This document shows, one piece after another, positions 1 through 9,910 of a stretch of DNA of 64,000 nucleotides. Origin of the DNA: an uncultured Gemmatimonadales bacterium (GTDB lineage: Bacteria; Gemmatimonadota; Gemmatimonadetes; Gemmatimonadales; Gemmatimonadaceae); contig CAWBZV010000005.1 in the NCBI GenBank assembly GCA_963793305.1, positions 480,001 to 544,000 on the forward strand, in the 5' to 3' direction. A program made the translations under genes and the position numbers. The notes under the pieces are model-generated. The model was not told the DNA's origin. It searched no databases and worked only from the letters and a program-made list of their open reading frames with translations. Numbering within the stretch: position 1 is the first letter of the stretch; each line of letters begins with the position of its first letter.

Positions 1-10
1 ACGTCGGCCT

Positions 11-1375
11 ATGACAAAATATATCGCTCTCGGTCTCGGCCTCCTCGCGATTGCGGCCTGCAATCCGAACGCGGCCTTGAGGCCAAAAGAGAAGGGTGTC
101 GTGACGACGATCGGCGCCTCAGCGCTGCCGGGTCTGTACATTGGCGCGCTGAACGATTTCACCATCGCGTGGTCCGGAGCGGGAGACGGAGGGAACGGCT
201 CACACGAAGGCAACCTTGGCTTGTCGTCGATCTTCACCGATGAGATGACGTTGTTGTACCTGGATGAGTTCACGTTCCGCCGGGCCCTCGATACGGGCCA
301 GGCCACACCCCAGAACACGCAGCTCGCCGGGATCTTCAACGATCTCTCGGCGTCGCGTCACTCATCGCAGCAGGCCGCGGCGAGCTTCGCCACCATCGCG
401 CCGCACGACGTTGGCCGGGCAGAAATGCTCAGTATCGAGGGGTACACCTACATCATCTTTGCCGAGATGTGGTGCTCGGGCGTGCCGTTCGGCAGTCTCA
501 ATGAGACCACCGGCGCACCGGTCTACGGGCAACCGACGACGACCGGCGGCATGGACTCGATCGCGCTGGCGCTGTTCGACACGGCCAGCACCTTGGCCGC
601 GGCGGACACCACGACGGCGATCCTGGGCGCATATGCCACCAGCACCACCGAGATCCTGGCGCTCTCGGAAGTTGGACGCGCTCGCGTGTTGCTCGATCTC
701 GGCCAGTTCGCGGCCGCGCAAGCCGCCGCCGACTCGGCCGTGTTGAACGACCCCACGCTCAACTACCAGATGGAGAATTCGCTCAACTCGCCACGCCAAT
801 ACAATGGCATGTGGCAGTACACCTTTGCCGACGATGCGTGGGGCGTCGTCGATAAAAAGGGCGGCAATGGGCTCGATTTCGAGTCGGCCAACGACCCGCG
901 CGTCCTCTGGGTCGATGGGCAACAGAACGGCTCGCTCGGCGTGACGCCGTCTGGATTGGACACCATCTACTTCCAGCTCAAGTATCCCACGAAGGAGACC
1001 TCCGCCACCTTGGCCAGTGCCACCGAAGCGACGCTCATCAGCGCCGAGGCCGATTTGAAGGCCGGCAACATTGGGTCGTGGGCCAACAAGCTGAATATGC
1101 TCCGCGCCAACTCGGGGCTCGCGCTGCCCCCGATCACCGCGGACTCGACATCGCTCGCGTCGCAGGACATGCGGGTCGAGGTGCACTTCCGCGAGCGCGC
1201 GTTCTGGCTCTGGCTGACCGGGACTCGCCTCGGCGATCTCCGGCGGCTGATTCACCAGTACGGGCACAATGACTTTCCGGCGAACCCGACTCGTGATATC
1301 CGGTTCTCGATACCGGTCAGCGAGACGAATAACCCGAATTTCAAGGCGTGTCTGGACGTAGGACACGAGCAATAG
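11..1375 (+). CDS. RagB/SusD-family nutrient-uptake outer membrane lipoprotein
   Basis: Lipobox LAIAAC; SusD-like motifs 'GYTYIIFAEMWCSGVPF', 'DPRV' and C-terminal 'FRERAFWLWLTGTRLGDLRR...IPVSE'. Confidence 0.85.
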   Translation: MTKYIALGLGLLAIAACNPNAALRPKEKGVVTTIGASALPGLYIGALNDFTIAWSGAGDGGNGSHEGNLGLSSIFTDEMTLLYLDEFTFRRALDTGQATPQNTQLAGIFNDLSASRHSSQQAAASFATIAPHDVGRAEMLSIEGYTYIIFAEMWCSGVPFGSLNETTGAPVYGQPTTTGGMDSIALALFDTASTLAAADTTTAILGAYATSTTEILALSEVGRARVLLDLGQFAAAQAAADSAVLNDPTLNYQMENSLNSPRQYNGMWQYTFADDAWGVVDKKGGNGLDFESANDPRVLWVDGQQNGSLGVTPSGLDTIYFQLKYPTKETSATLASATEATLISAEADLKAGNIGSWANKLNMLRANSGLALPPITADSTSLASQDMRVEVHFRERAFWLWLTGTRLGDLRRLIHQYGHNDFPANPTRDIRFSIPVSETNNPNFKACLDVGHEQ

Positions 1376-1446
1376 CCAAGCCTTGCTTCATGGGCGAACT
1401 GACCCAGAAGTCGGATCGAAGCTCGCCACGGTCGCTCGCGTCGCAG

Positions 1447-1995
1447 TCACGGCGCCGCTGAGCGGCCGGGCGAGCGCGCCCGGTCGACCGTTGACGGGCG
1501 CGGTACACGCGCGCGCGCCGCGGGGAAATGGTGGTCTACCGTCTGGCGGACGGTGGCGCAACGGAGCTCGGTCCGAGTGCTCTCGGCGAGGTAGCTCACG
1601 AGTCCTTCGCAGATCGAGGGCCAGCTCCCGCGCATCATCCGACGGGTCGCCGGACACGACGCCAGTCCATCGTGCGTGAGCGTCAGCACCGTTCCCATTC
1701 CGCTGGGCGTCACGACCCACGCGATCGTTGACGCTTGTTCCTCGCGGAGGCGTCGATTGAACTGGAGGATGGCGGTCATGTGGAAGCGGCGGGGTGCCTC
1801 ATACTCCAGGACGCTCCCGGCCATGACGACGTGGCCATCGGGGAGTTGATAGGTGACGCGCGCACCCTCTCTCCAGGTCGACCGCACGGCCAAGTCGTAG
1901 AAATAGCGGCGCGTTTGGTTGGGGTCCGTAATGGACTCCCAGACCGTGGCGGGTCGGGCGGCGAGCGCGAGCGTGTAGATCAGTTGGTCGATCAT
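1447..1995 (-). CDS. SRPBCC/AHSA1 (START-like) domain protein
   Basis: 'PATVWESITDP...GSVLEYEAPRRF...TVLTLTHDG...GSWPSI' pattern; ATGA overlap with the upstream regulator. Confidence 0.8.
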   Translation of the reverse strand: MIDQLIYTLALAARPATVWESITDPNQTRRYFYDLAVRSTWREGARVTYQLPDGHVVMAGSVLEYEAPRRFHMTAILQFNRRLREEQASTIAWVVTPSGMGTVLTLTHDGLASCPATRRMMRGSWPSICEGLVSYLAESTRTELRCATVRQTVDHHFPAARARVPRPSTVDRARSPGRSAAP

Positions 1996-2759
1996 CCGAG
2001 CGGCTCAGATGGTGAGGGATCCGTGGGTCGGGGAACCATATATCCCGTATCGCGAACGGTCAGTATGTAGCGGGGCGCTTCGATATCCGGCTCGATCTTC
2101 TTCCGGAGGACCGACATGTGCTTGTCGATCGCCCGAGCGCCGATGGCCTTTGTTGCGGTCGCGGAAATGGCGCGGTACAACTCGGCGCGCGTGACGACTT
2201 GCCCCCGAGACCGCATCAACGCGAGGAGGAGCGTGAACTCGACGTGGGACAGTCGCAGGCGAGTCGAGCCGCGCCTCACGACACGCGCGGCGGGGTCGAT
2301 GACGAGGTCGCCCAACAGCTCCTGGCGATCAGCCCCTGGGAGCACGCGCATGTGCGGTCGACGCAGCAATGCGTACGTACGGGCGGCGAGCTCGCGGGGC
2401 GAGCAGTTGAAATCGGCCACCATATCGGCGCCGGCGGCAATGCAGCGCTCTGCGGCCTGGTCATCGCGCGGCGGAATCAGGACGAGGTAGCGAATGGGGA
2501 GCCCTTCATCGCACTGCTGCTGCATGGTCGCCAGCCATTCGGCATTCTGATCCGACCACCGCAGGACGATGGCGGCGGGGGTGTCTTCGCGGGCGCGATC
2601 GAGCGCGTGCAACGCGTCCGGCTGGATCTCGACGCGAAATCCGGCTTGCTCGAGCGCGAGACATTGTTCCGTCATGCGCGGTGCGCCGCGGTCGCCGAGG
2701 ACGATGAGGGCGCCCTGGTGGCGCGGCGCCAGGTGTTGCTCGGAGGGTGGCGGCCTCAC
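1992..2759 (-). CDS. OmpR/PhoB-family winged-helix response regulator with atypical receiver
   Basis: C-terminal 'LSHVEFTLLLALMRSRGQVVTRAEL...RAIDKHMSVLRKKIEPDIEAPRYILTVRDTGY'; GTG at 2759 overlaps the upstream TGA (GTGA). Confidence 0.8.
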   Translation of the reverse strand: MRPPPSEQHLAPRHQGALIVLGDRGAPRMTEQCLALEQAGFRVEIQPDALHALDRAREDTPAAIVLRWSDQNAEWLATMQQQCDEGLPIRYLVLIPPRDDQAAERCIAAGADMVADFNCSPRELAARTYALLRRPHMRVLPGADRQELLGDLVIDPAARVVRRGSTRLRLSHVEFTLLLALMRSRGQVVTRAELYRAISATATKAIGARAIDKHMSVLRKKIEPDIEAPRYILTVRDTGYMVPRPTDPSPSEPLG

Positions 2760-3472
2760 GCCATCATCCGACCGGCGGCCTTGACGTGGGCCGGATCGGC
2801 CCGGAACCCGTAGCCCGTCTTCCGTATCGAAAAGATGTAGTCGCCGCAGTCGGCGCGCCCGAGCTTGCCGCGCAGCGAGCTCACATGGGCATCGACGGTG
2901 CGTGAAGTGGCGCCGGCGGATGCGTCGGTGGCGCGCGAATACTGCCACACCGTGCGCAGGAGCTCGTCGCGCGGGACGGCGCGTCCGCGATTTCGGATCA
3001 ACGCCTGGAGGAGCTCGCATTCCTTCAGCGTAAGCTGCACGGTCTCCGCCCCTCCGCGGATGGACCGGGTCGGCGGATGGAATGCCAACTCGCCGAACTG
3101 CACCCATGAGGGCCCGCGGCGCTCGGGCGGATTGACCCGCCGCAGCATCGCCAGGATATGCGCTTTGATCCCCCGGAAGCTGACGGGCATCGAGAGCCAA
3201 TCGTCGGCGCCGCGCACCAAGGCCCGCAGCATCACCATTTCGTCGCGCGGTGGTGTCGCGACCAGCAGGAGCGGCACACCGGACCGACGACGCAGCGATC
3301 CCACGAGCCCTGGATCGTCCGCGATGATCAGGTCGGGTTCGGTGGGCTCGAGCCGATGCAGTACGTCGAGGGTGTTCGATGCGATTGGGCTCTGATACCC
3401 CTCGGCCTCGAGGTGATTGCAGAGCCACACGGCGTGTTGGCGATCGGACTCGAGAATGAGTAGCTGAGGCAC
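2756..3472 (-). CDS. OmpR/PhoB-family response regulator with atypical receiver
   Basis: Receiver 'LLILESD...PDLIIAD...GADDWLSMP' plus wHTH 'LTLKECELL...SRTVDAHVSSLRGKL...IRKTGY'; GTG start inferred. Confidence 0.82.
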   Translation of the reverse strand: MPQLLILESDRQHAVWLCNHLEAEGYQSPIASNTLDVLHRLEPTEPDLIIADDPGLVGSLRRRSGVPLLLVATPPRDEMVMLRALVRGADDWLSMPVSFRGIKAHILAMLRRVNPPERRGPSWVQFGELAFHPPTRSIRGGAETVQLTLKECELLQALIRNRGRAVPRDELLRTVWQYSRATDASAGATSRTVDAHVSSLRGKLGRADCGDYIFSIRKTGYGFRADPAHVKAAGRMMA

Positions 3473-3542
3473 GGGCAGTGAGCGTCGGCGGCATCGCGCC
3501 GGGTGGGTGATGCCTTCATTCTCCCACTGCCGCGCCTTCAGG

Positions 3543-3559
3543 TCTTGAACGATGTCAAC
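3543..3559 (-). promoter_or_regulatory. Recurrent TTG-N8-CAA site GTTGACATCGTTCAAGA
   Basis: Faces the OmpR pair; GAGAAT 19 nt downstream. Confidence 0.75.
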
Positions 3560-3569
3560 ATACGGCCGA

Positions 3570-4895
3570 CTAGTCCGCGAGCGCGTAGAGGTTTCCGTCG
3601 GCGCTGCCGACATACAGCACGCCATCGATGACCGTGGGTGACGAGATGATCGCGCCCAGCGAGTATTCTTGCTCGACTATGGCCACCATGTTGTCGTAGA
3701 ATGGCTCGAGGTGGGGGTCGGTGTAGAAATCGATCGTGCCATCCTTGTCGGTGTGCGCCGCCGCGTGCGCTCGGGATGCTTCCGTCGCGAAGACCCAGGC
3801 GGGCTTTGCCGTGGTGAGATCGACGGCGGTCACCGTCCCGTCCCAGTTCCCGACGTACAGCCAGTGGCCGGCCAGCGCTGGTGAGCTGAATGAGAAGAAG
3901 CGCGTGGGGATCTCGAATACGGGCGTTCCACTGGCCGCGTCGAGCGCCCATATGCGGTGCGAGTCACTGGTGGCGAAGTACACTTTGCCGTCACGGACGG
4001 CTGGCGACCCGACGACCCAGGATCCTTTGTTGTCGAAGGACCATTTCTTCTGGCCGGTCTTGGCGTCGAACGCGTAGAGTTGGGCATCGCGGCAACCGAC
4101 GTACACGACGCCATCCATGACCGCGGCGGAGCCCTGGAAACCGATCTGGTTGTGCATCTTGGGATCGTCCCCGGCTTGGTAGCGCCATTGGAGCGCGCCC
4201 GTCTTCGCGTCCAGCGCATAGAAGTACCTATCCCAACTCCCGATGTACACCGTGCCGTTAGCGATCGCTGGCGAGGCATGGACGACGTCGCCCGTCTGGT
4301 ACTTCCACTGGAGGTGCCCGGATTCGGCGTCGAGGGCGTACACGTTTCCGTCGCCGCTTCCGAAGTAGACGGTATGCTCCCAGACCGTCGGCGAGGAGAG
4401 GAAGACGTCGAACGGGTCGGGCATCCGCTCGGTGACCGGGACGGACCCGTGCAGGTGGGTGCCGGCGAAGCGACGCTCGCCTTGGGTCGCGAACTGCCAC
4501 TTGAGTTGCCCCGTGGCGGCCGTGACGGCATAGAGGTTTCCGTCATAGCTCTCGACGTAGACGACTCCGTCCGATACGGCGGCCGACGCGGTGATGCGGG
4601 CGTGTGTGGCAAACCGCCAGCGCTCCTTCCCGTCCGTGATGTTGATGGCGTAGAGGTAGCGGTCTGTGCTGCCGACGTACACGGTGTTGCCGCTTACGGT
4701 AGGCGACGCGATGACACGGCCGTCGGTGTGAAAGCGCCACTTGACGGCGGGCAACCGCGAGAGGCCAGGAGACTGATACACGCCGGTGTGCGCGGGATCG
4801 CCGCGGAACATTGCGGCGTCCTGGGCGCCCGCCGTGGTGGCGAGCGTCAGGCTCACGAGCATGGCGATGAGGCTACCGCGGTCCTTGATGATCAT
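3570..4895 (-). CDS. PQQ-like/BamB-type beta-propeller repeat protein, secreted
   Basis: Signal peptide; repeated 'SSPTV...VYVGS.DG.LYALDA.TG..KW.F' blades. Confidence 0.9.
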   Translation of the reverse strand: MIIKDRGSLIAMLVSLTLATTAGAQDAAMFRGDPAHTGVYQSPGLSRLPAVKWRFHTDGRVIASPTVSGNTVYVGSTDRYLYAINITDGKERWRFATHARITASAAVSDGVVYVESYDGNLYAVTAATGQLKWQFATQGERRFAGTHLHGSVPVTERMPDPFDVFLSSPTVWEHTVYFGSGDGNVYALDAESGHLQWKYQTGDVVHASPAIANGTVYIGSWDRYFYALDAKTGALQWRYQAGDDPKMHNQIGFQGSAAVMDGVVYVGCRDAQLYAFDAKTGQKKWSFDNKGSWVVGSPAVRDGKVYFATSDSHRIWALDAASGTPVFEIPTRFFSFSSPALAGHWLYVGNWDGTVTAVDLTTAKPAWVFATEASRAHAAAHTDKDGTIDFYTDPHLEPFYDNMVAIVEQEYSLGAIISSPTVIDGVLYVGSADGNLYALAD

Positions 4896-6195
4896 GGCTC
4901 GAGGGATTGTCGCTCCGGCGAATCCACTCGTCGACTATCGCGGCGAGCGGGTGGTGGTAGTGCCGCTCGCAGGCGGCGACGAAGTCCTGCTCAGATGCCA
5001 ATCCATAGGCGTGTGTCCGGACGTAGTCGGCCAGCGCGCCATCCATCGCGCGGGTGCCGATCAGCGCCTCCAGTGACACCAGCACCAGCGGTCCTTTTTC
5101 AAAAGTGAGATCGCCGAACATTGTCGCGAAGCCGCCGCTATCGGCGTGGGCCAAGCTCCCCTGATACACTTTGCCACGTGCTTCGTTGACGAGCTGGGCG
5201 AATGCCGAATCGCCGCGGTCGGCGCGAACCCAGCGCCACGCCATGTACTCGGCGAAGCTTTCGTTGAGCCAGATATCGCTCCACCGCGCCACGGTGACCG
5301 AATTTCCGAACCATTGGTGGGCGATCTCGTGGGCGATGATCTGGTCGTTTTCGTGCTTGCCGGTAATGAACGCGGCGCCGAAGCTGGGCAGGGTCTGGTG
5401 CTCGCGAAATGATTTTCGGGCGAATTCGGCGATGCCGTACTTCTCGCGCACGAACGGGTAGGGGCCCAAGATCGATTCCATGAAGGCCATGGCGCGCGGA
5501 ACCACGGTGAAATCGCTGTCGGCGTGCGTGGAGTCTTCCGGGAACACGAAGAACGTGAGCGGCACGGCCGTGCCCGCACGCGAGTGGAAGATGCCTTGGC
5601 GCACCACGTAGTCGGCGGCGGCGATCGAGATGACATCCGAGTAAATGGGGTAGCGCACGGACCAATGGGTGGTGGCGGTGCCATTGTCGTGCTGCACGCG
5701 GGTCACGAGGCGGCCATTGCTGGCGACTTGCAGCGCGCCGGGGGCGGTGACTTGGATGTCCGCCGAGTCGGCCTTCTCGGAGGGGTCATCCAGCGTCGGC
5801 CACCATTCGCGGGCGGAATTCGGGAGACCGTAAGACGCGATGCGGATGATCCCGGCGTGGTCCGTGAAGGCCAGCGCACGGCCCGAGGGTGTGCCGTGAT
5901 ACCAAATATGGATGGCGCCCTGTGCGGGTGCCGGGATATGCAAGGCGCCGGTGGTGCGTTGAAAGGTGCGGGTACTGACGCTGTCCACCGTCATGGAGTC
6001 GGACAGATCCAGCACCAGATCGCCGGGCGCGCCCGCCGTTGGCGTGATGAAGAGCTGTGCCTCACCGCGAATCGAATGCGTCTCGGGCAGGAGCGTGACG
6101 TGGAGATCGACGTAGCGGAGCCGCCACGCCGGAGGTGCGTGGTGGAAGACCGTCGCGGCACAGACGGCCGCGAGCGCGATGCGGAGGACAGGCAT
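4873..6195 (-). CDS. M1-family zinc aminopeptidase
   Basis: HEIAHQWFGNSVT...WLNESFAEY (HExxH-x18-E); signal peptide. Confidence 0.92.
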   Translation of the reverse strand: MPVLRIALAAVCAATVFHHAPPAWRLRYVDLHVTLLPETHSIRGEAQLFITPTAGAPGDLVLDLSDSMTVDSVSTRTFQRTTGALHIPAPAQGAIHIWYHGTPSGRALAFTDHAGIIRIASYGLPNSAREWWPTLDDPSEKADSADIQVTAPGALQVASNGRLVTRVQHDNGTATTHWSVRYPIYSDVISIAAADYVVRQGIFHSRAGTAVPLTFFVFPEDSTHADSDFTVVPRAMAFMESILGPYPFVREKYGIAEFARKSFREHQTLPSFGAAFITGKHENDQIIAHEIAHQWFGNSVTVARWSDIWLNESFAEYMAWRWVRADRGDSAFAQLVNEARGKVYQGSLAHADSGGFATMFGDLTFEKGPLVLVSLEALIGTRAMDGALADYVRTHAYGLASEQDFVAACERHYHHPLAAIVDEWIRRSDNPSSHDHQGPR

Positions 6196-6228
6196 GTCTT
6201 CGCAAGGTGAGTCGGTCGAACAGGGGGG

Positions 6229-6245
6229 TCTTGAACGATCGCAAC
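6229..6245 (-). promoter_or_regulatory. Recurrent site GTTGCGATCGTTCAAGA
   Basis: CACCTT at 19 nt; M1 ATG 33 nt downstream. Confidence 0.8.
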
Positions 6246-6261
6246 GTGAGGTTCAGCCGTT

Positions 6262-6278
6262 GTTGCATCCGTTCAAGA
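6262..6278 (+). promoter_or_regulatory. Recurrent site GTTGCATCCGTTCAAGA
   Basis: CACGTT at 19 nt; ATG 31 nt downstream. Confidence 0.8.
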
Positions 6279-6309
6279 TCGTTCGAACGAGGTGTCGCAC
6301 GTTGGAGCC

Positions 6310-7245
6310 ATGGTCAATGTAAGCCTGGGTCACGTCGGGATTGCACTGCTGCTCGCGTTCGCCACGTCGGCCTGGGCCCAGACACCGGTCAGGCCAGCCG
6401 CCCGGTGTACGGCCACCGGGGATCTCGAGATTCATGAGCTCACGAGCGCCGTCTTTCACAACACCCGCAAGCTTCGGGTCCTGCTGCCGGCGGGGTATCG
6501 GGATCCGGCGAATGCCTCGCGGCAGTATCCGGTCCTCTATTTGAACGATGGCCAGAATCTGTTTGATGTGTGCACGGCCATCTTTGGCCCGAAAGAATGG
6601 CAGGTCGATGAGAGCGCGATTCGCCTGATTGCGGAGGGTCGAGTCGAGCCACTGATCATCGTGGGCATCGACAACGCGGGTCGGCACGAGCAGGCGCGAT
6701 TGCAAGAGGAGAAACGCGTGGGGTCGCGGCCCAACGAGTATTTGCCGTGGCCCGATAGCGGCTTGGAGCCCTTTATACCGGTTGTCCATGGCAAGGACTA
6801 TCCTCGGTTTCTGACGGGTGAAGTCATGCCGTTCGTCGAGCGCCACTATCGCGTGAAGACGGGGCCGGCCAGCACTGGGCTCGGCGGTTCATCTTACGGC
6901 GCGTTGATCACACTCTACGTCATCGAGCACACGCCCGGCGTGTTCGGCCACGTGCTCATCGAGAGCCCGTCGGTGTACGTTGACGATTACCACGTTCTGC
7001 AGGAGGCTGCAGACGACCACGACTGGCCGGCGCGGCTCTACTTCGGCGCGGGAACCGAGGAGACGCCAAGCGATTCTCCGCTCCAACTGCCGGCCGATAT
7101 CAAGAAGGTCGTCGAGCTCCTCGAACGGAACGGCGTGAACCAGGACCGGATTCTCGTGAATATCACGGCCGGTGAGCACAACGAGGACGCGTGGGCCAGG
7201 CGCTTTCCAACGGCGCTGACTTTTCTGTTCCCGCGCCAGCACTAG
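6310..7245 (+). CDS. Alpha/beta hydrolase, IroE/Fes-like esterase
   Basis: 'YPVLYLNDGQNLF', nucleophile GSSYG, C-terminal 'GEHNEDAWARRF'; signal peptide. Confidence 0.88.
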   Translation: MVNVSLGHVGIALLLAFATSAWAQTPVRPAARCTATGDLEIHELTSAVFHNTRKLRVLLPAGYRDPANASRQYPVLYLNDGQNLFDVCTAIFGPKEWQVDESAIRLIAEGRVEPLIIVGIDNAGRHEQARLQEEKRVGSRPNEYLPWPDSGLEPFIPVVHGKDYPRFLTGEVMPFVERHYRVKTGPASTGLGGSSYGALITLYVIEHTPGVFGHVLIESPSVYVDDYHVLQEAADDHDWPARLYFGAGTEETPSDSPLQLPADIKKVVELLERNGVNQDRILVNITAGEHNEDAWARRFPTALTFLFPRQH

Positions 7246-7271
7246 CCGGGTGGGTGCGGGTGGGCGCCGAT

Positions 7272-7288
7272 GTTGTGTCCATTCTAGA
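7272..7288 (+). promoter_or_regulatory. Recurrent site GTTGTGTCCATTCTAGA
   Basis: CAGAAT at 18 nt; M13 ATG 32 nt downstream. Confidence 0.7.
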
Positions 7289-7320
7289 CATGATCCGCGC
7301 GTGATTCAGAATTCCGGCGC

Positions 7321-9375
7321 ATGACTGCCTCATCTTGGCGTTGGTTATCGATTGCCGTCCTCGCGATCCCCGGTGGCCAGGTGGAGTCGCAGACGACGGT
7401 TCCCACGGTGCTCAGGGTGATCGACCCGGCGTACATGGATACGACGGTTAACGCGTGCACGGACTTTTTCGCGTTCGCCAACGGGCATTGGCTCAAGACT
7501 GATACGATCCCGGCCATCTACGCAGCGGACGGTATCGGCAGGGACATGGTCGATCAGAATGAGCGCGTCACGCGCTCGCTGGTCGACGATGTGGTCGCGC
7601 ACCGCCAGGGCGCAGCCGAGGGGGGCACGGAGCGCAAGTTGGGCACCTTCGTCGCCTCGTGCATGGACTCCACGGCGGCGGAAACTCAGGGGCTGGCGCC
7701 GATTCAATCCTTCCTCGATCACGTGGCGGCGATCCGCTCGCGCGACGCGCTGGTGCCGGAGATCGCCGAGCTTCAGCTGCAGGGCGTGAACGCGTTGTTC
7801 TCGATCTCGCCGAACTCGGCGGTGCACGATGCGGGGCATTACCAGGAATGGTTCACCCAAGCGGGACTGGGCCTGCCGGACCGCGCCTACTATACGGACT
7901 CTGGGCACGCGGCGGATTCCGTCCGCGACGAGTACGTGGCGCACGTCGCGCGCTTGCTGGTGCTTGCCGGCGCGACGCGGGCCCAAGCGGATGATGACGC
8001 GAAGCGGGTCATGGCGCTCGAGACCGAGCTGGCGAAAGCGTCGACTACCGTCGAGGCATTGCGTGAGCCGCGGGAGACCGACCACCCGATGTCCCTCGCC
8101 GCGCTGGGCGCGCTGGCGCCGAACGTCTCGTGGCCGGTGTACTTTCGAGCGGTCGGACTGACGAAGCCACTCGGGCGTGTCAATGTCGCTGAGCCAGGGT
8201 TTTTCCGCAGGATGAGTACGTTGCTGGCGACAATACCGCTGGCAGACTGGCGGGCCTATCTCCGGTTTCACGTTCTCGCGAGTGCCGCGCCGTGGCTCAG
8301 CTCGAGCTTCGTGCAGGAAGATTTCGCGTATCAGCGCCTGTTCACCGGCGCGACCGAGATCTTTCCCCGTTGGAAGCGGTGCTTGAACGAGACTGATGCC
8401 GATGTCGGTGAAGCGCTGGGCCAGGCGTACGTCGCCAAGACGTTCCCGCCCGAGGCCAGGACGCGGGCACGACAGATCATCGATGACATTCGAGCCGCGT
8501 TCGGCCAGCGACTGGCGCATCTGACGTGGATGTCCGACGCGACGCGGACAGCGGCGCTCAACAAGCTGGCGCATATGCACGAGAAGATCGGCTACCCCGA
8601 CCACTGGCGCGACTACTCGCGGCTCCGGGTCGGCGATGGCGCATTCGTGTTGAACGTCTTCTCGGCGCGTCGGTTCGAGTGGGAACGCGTCAAGGACCGT
8701 CCGGGTACGCCAGTGGACACCACCGAATGGGTCCTGACCGCGCCGACCGTCGATGCGTACAACGACATCACGAAGAACGAGATGGCGTTCCCGGCCGGGG
8801 CGCTCGAGCCGCAAACCTTCAATGTCCACGCCGATGACGCGGCCAACTATGGGGCACTCGGCGCGAGCTGGGCCGGTCATGAGCTGACGCATGGCTTCGA
8901 TGATCAGGGGCGACATTACGACGAGCGGGGCAATTTGCGCGACTGGTGGGCGAGCGCGGATTCCGCCCGGTTCGTGCAGCAGGCTGATCTCCTCGTCCGG
9001 CAGTACGACGAGTTCATTCAGGTGGACACGCTGCATGTGAACGGGCGGCTGACGCTGGGTGAGAACCTCGCGGATTTCGGTGGGTTGCTGACCGGATATG
9101 ATGCGATGGAGCGGGCGCTCGAGCGGGATGGTCGACCGGGCCTCATCGACGGATATACGCCGGAGCAGCGCTTTTTCATTTCCTTCGCGCAGGGTTGGCG
9201 GGGACACGCACGACCGGCGTTGCTCCGTTCGACGCGGATGACCAACGTCCACTCACCGGACGAATGGCGCGTGATCGGTCCGATCTCCGATATGCCGCAG
9301 TTCGCGCAGGCGTTTCACTGCCATCCGGGAGATCCGATGGTTCGACCCGACAGTCTCGTGGCCAAAATCTGGTAG
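7321..9375 (+). CDS. M13-family (neprilysin/PepO-like) metalloendopeptidase
   Basis: 'CTDFFAFANGHW', 'KIGYPD', HELTHGFDDQG, 'GENLADFGG'. Confidence 0.95.
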   Translation: MTASSWRWLSIAVLAIPGGQVESQTTVPTVLRVIDPAYMDTTVNACTDFFAFANGHWLKTDTIPAIYAADGIGRDMVDQNERVTRSLVDDVVAHRQGAAEGGTERKLGTFVASCMDSTAAETQGLAPIQSFLDHVAAIRSRDALVPEIAELQLQGVNALFSISPNSAVHDAGHYQEWFTQAGLGLPDRAYYTDSGHAADSVRDEYVAHVARLLVLAGATRAQADDDAKRVMALETELAKASTTVEALREPRETDHPMSLAALGALAPNVSWPVYFRAVGLTKPLGRVNVAEPGFFRRMSTLLATIPLADWRAYLRFHVLASAAPWLSSSFVQEDFAYQRLFTGATEIFPRWKRCLNETDADVGEALGQAYVAKTFPPEARTRARQIIDDIRAAFGQRLAHLTWMSDATRTAALNKLAHMHEKIGYPDHWRDYSRLRVGDGAFVLNVFSARRFEWERVKDRPGTPVDTTEWVLTAPTVDAYNDITKNEMAFPAGALEPQTFNVHADDAANYGALGASWAGHELTHGFDDQGRHYDERGNLRDWWASADSARFVQQADLLVRQYDEFIQVDTLHVNGRLTLGENLADFGGLLTGYDAMERALERDGRPGLIDGYTPEQRFFISFAQGWRGHARPALLRSTRMTNVHSPDEWRVIGPISDMPQFAQAFHCHPGDPMVRPDSLVAKIW

Positions 9376-9397
9376 GGCGGCCCCTTGGGCGGCGGCA

Positions 9398-9910
9398 TGA
9401 TAGTTGAGAGTCTCGTCAGGCATCTCCGTATCACCGCCCGCGGTCTCCGCCGGACGCCCGGCGCCACGCTTGTTGCCGCCTTGACCATGGCGCTGGGGAT
9501 CGGCGCTACGGCGGCTGTGTTCAGCCTGGTCGATGCGGCTTTCCTGCACGAGCTGCCCTACGCCGGCGCCAACCGCCTCGTCACGTTGTCGACGACTCGC
9601 AAAGGTGAAGACCTGTCGAATTCCTATCCCAACTTTCTGGACTGGCGCGAGCGCAACCACACGTTCATGTCCATCGCCGCTTTCGCCGGCACGAGCGTCG
9701 CGCTTGCGAGCGGGAACGGCAATGCGGAGCTGATTCGAGCACAGATCATCACACCGGATCTCTTCCGTACGCTCGGAGTACCGGTCGCGCGCGGGCGTGA
9801 CTTTGTTGACGCGGAAGGCCAGTGGGGAGCGCCGCACGTCGCGATCGTGGGTGATGGCCTTTGGAAGCGCCGGTTCGGCGGCGATCCCGCGATCGTCGGC
9901 CGGACCACGG
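9398..9910 (+). pseudogene. ADOP/MacB-type permease, N-terminal fragment only
   Basis: 'LRITARGLRRTPGATLVAALTMALGIGATAAVFSLVDA...SYPNFLDWR...LWKRRFGGDPAIVGRT' then homology ends abruptly. Confidence 0.8.

Noticed and set aside
1992..3494. 500-aa regulator with long N-terminal extension
   Set aside because: The extension is an alternative frame of the upstream regulator; the true start is likely GTG 2759
7345..9252. Long antisense ORFs (also 23351-25270, 28162-29967, 46822-48708, 53011-54612)
   Set aside because: Shadow frames of well-supported genes in high-GC DNA, with no recognisable motifs
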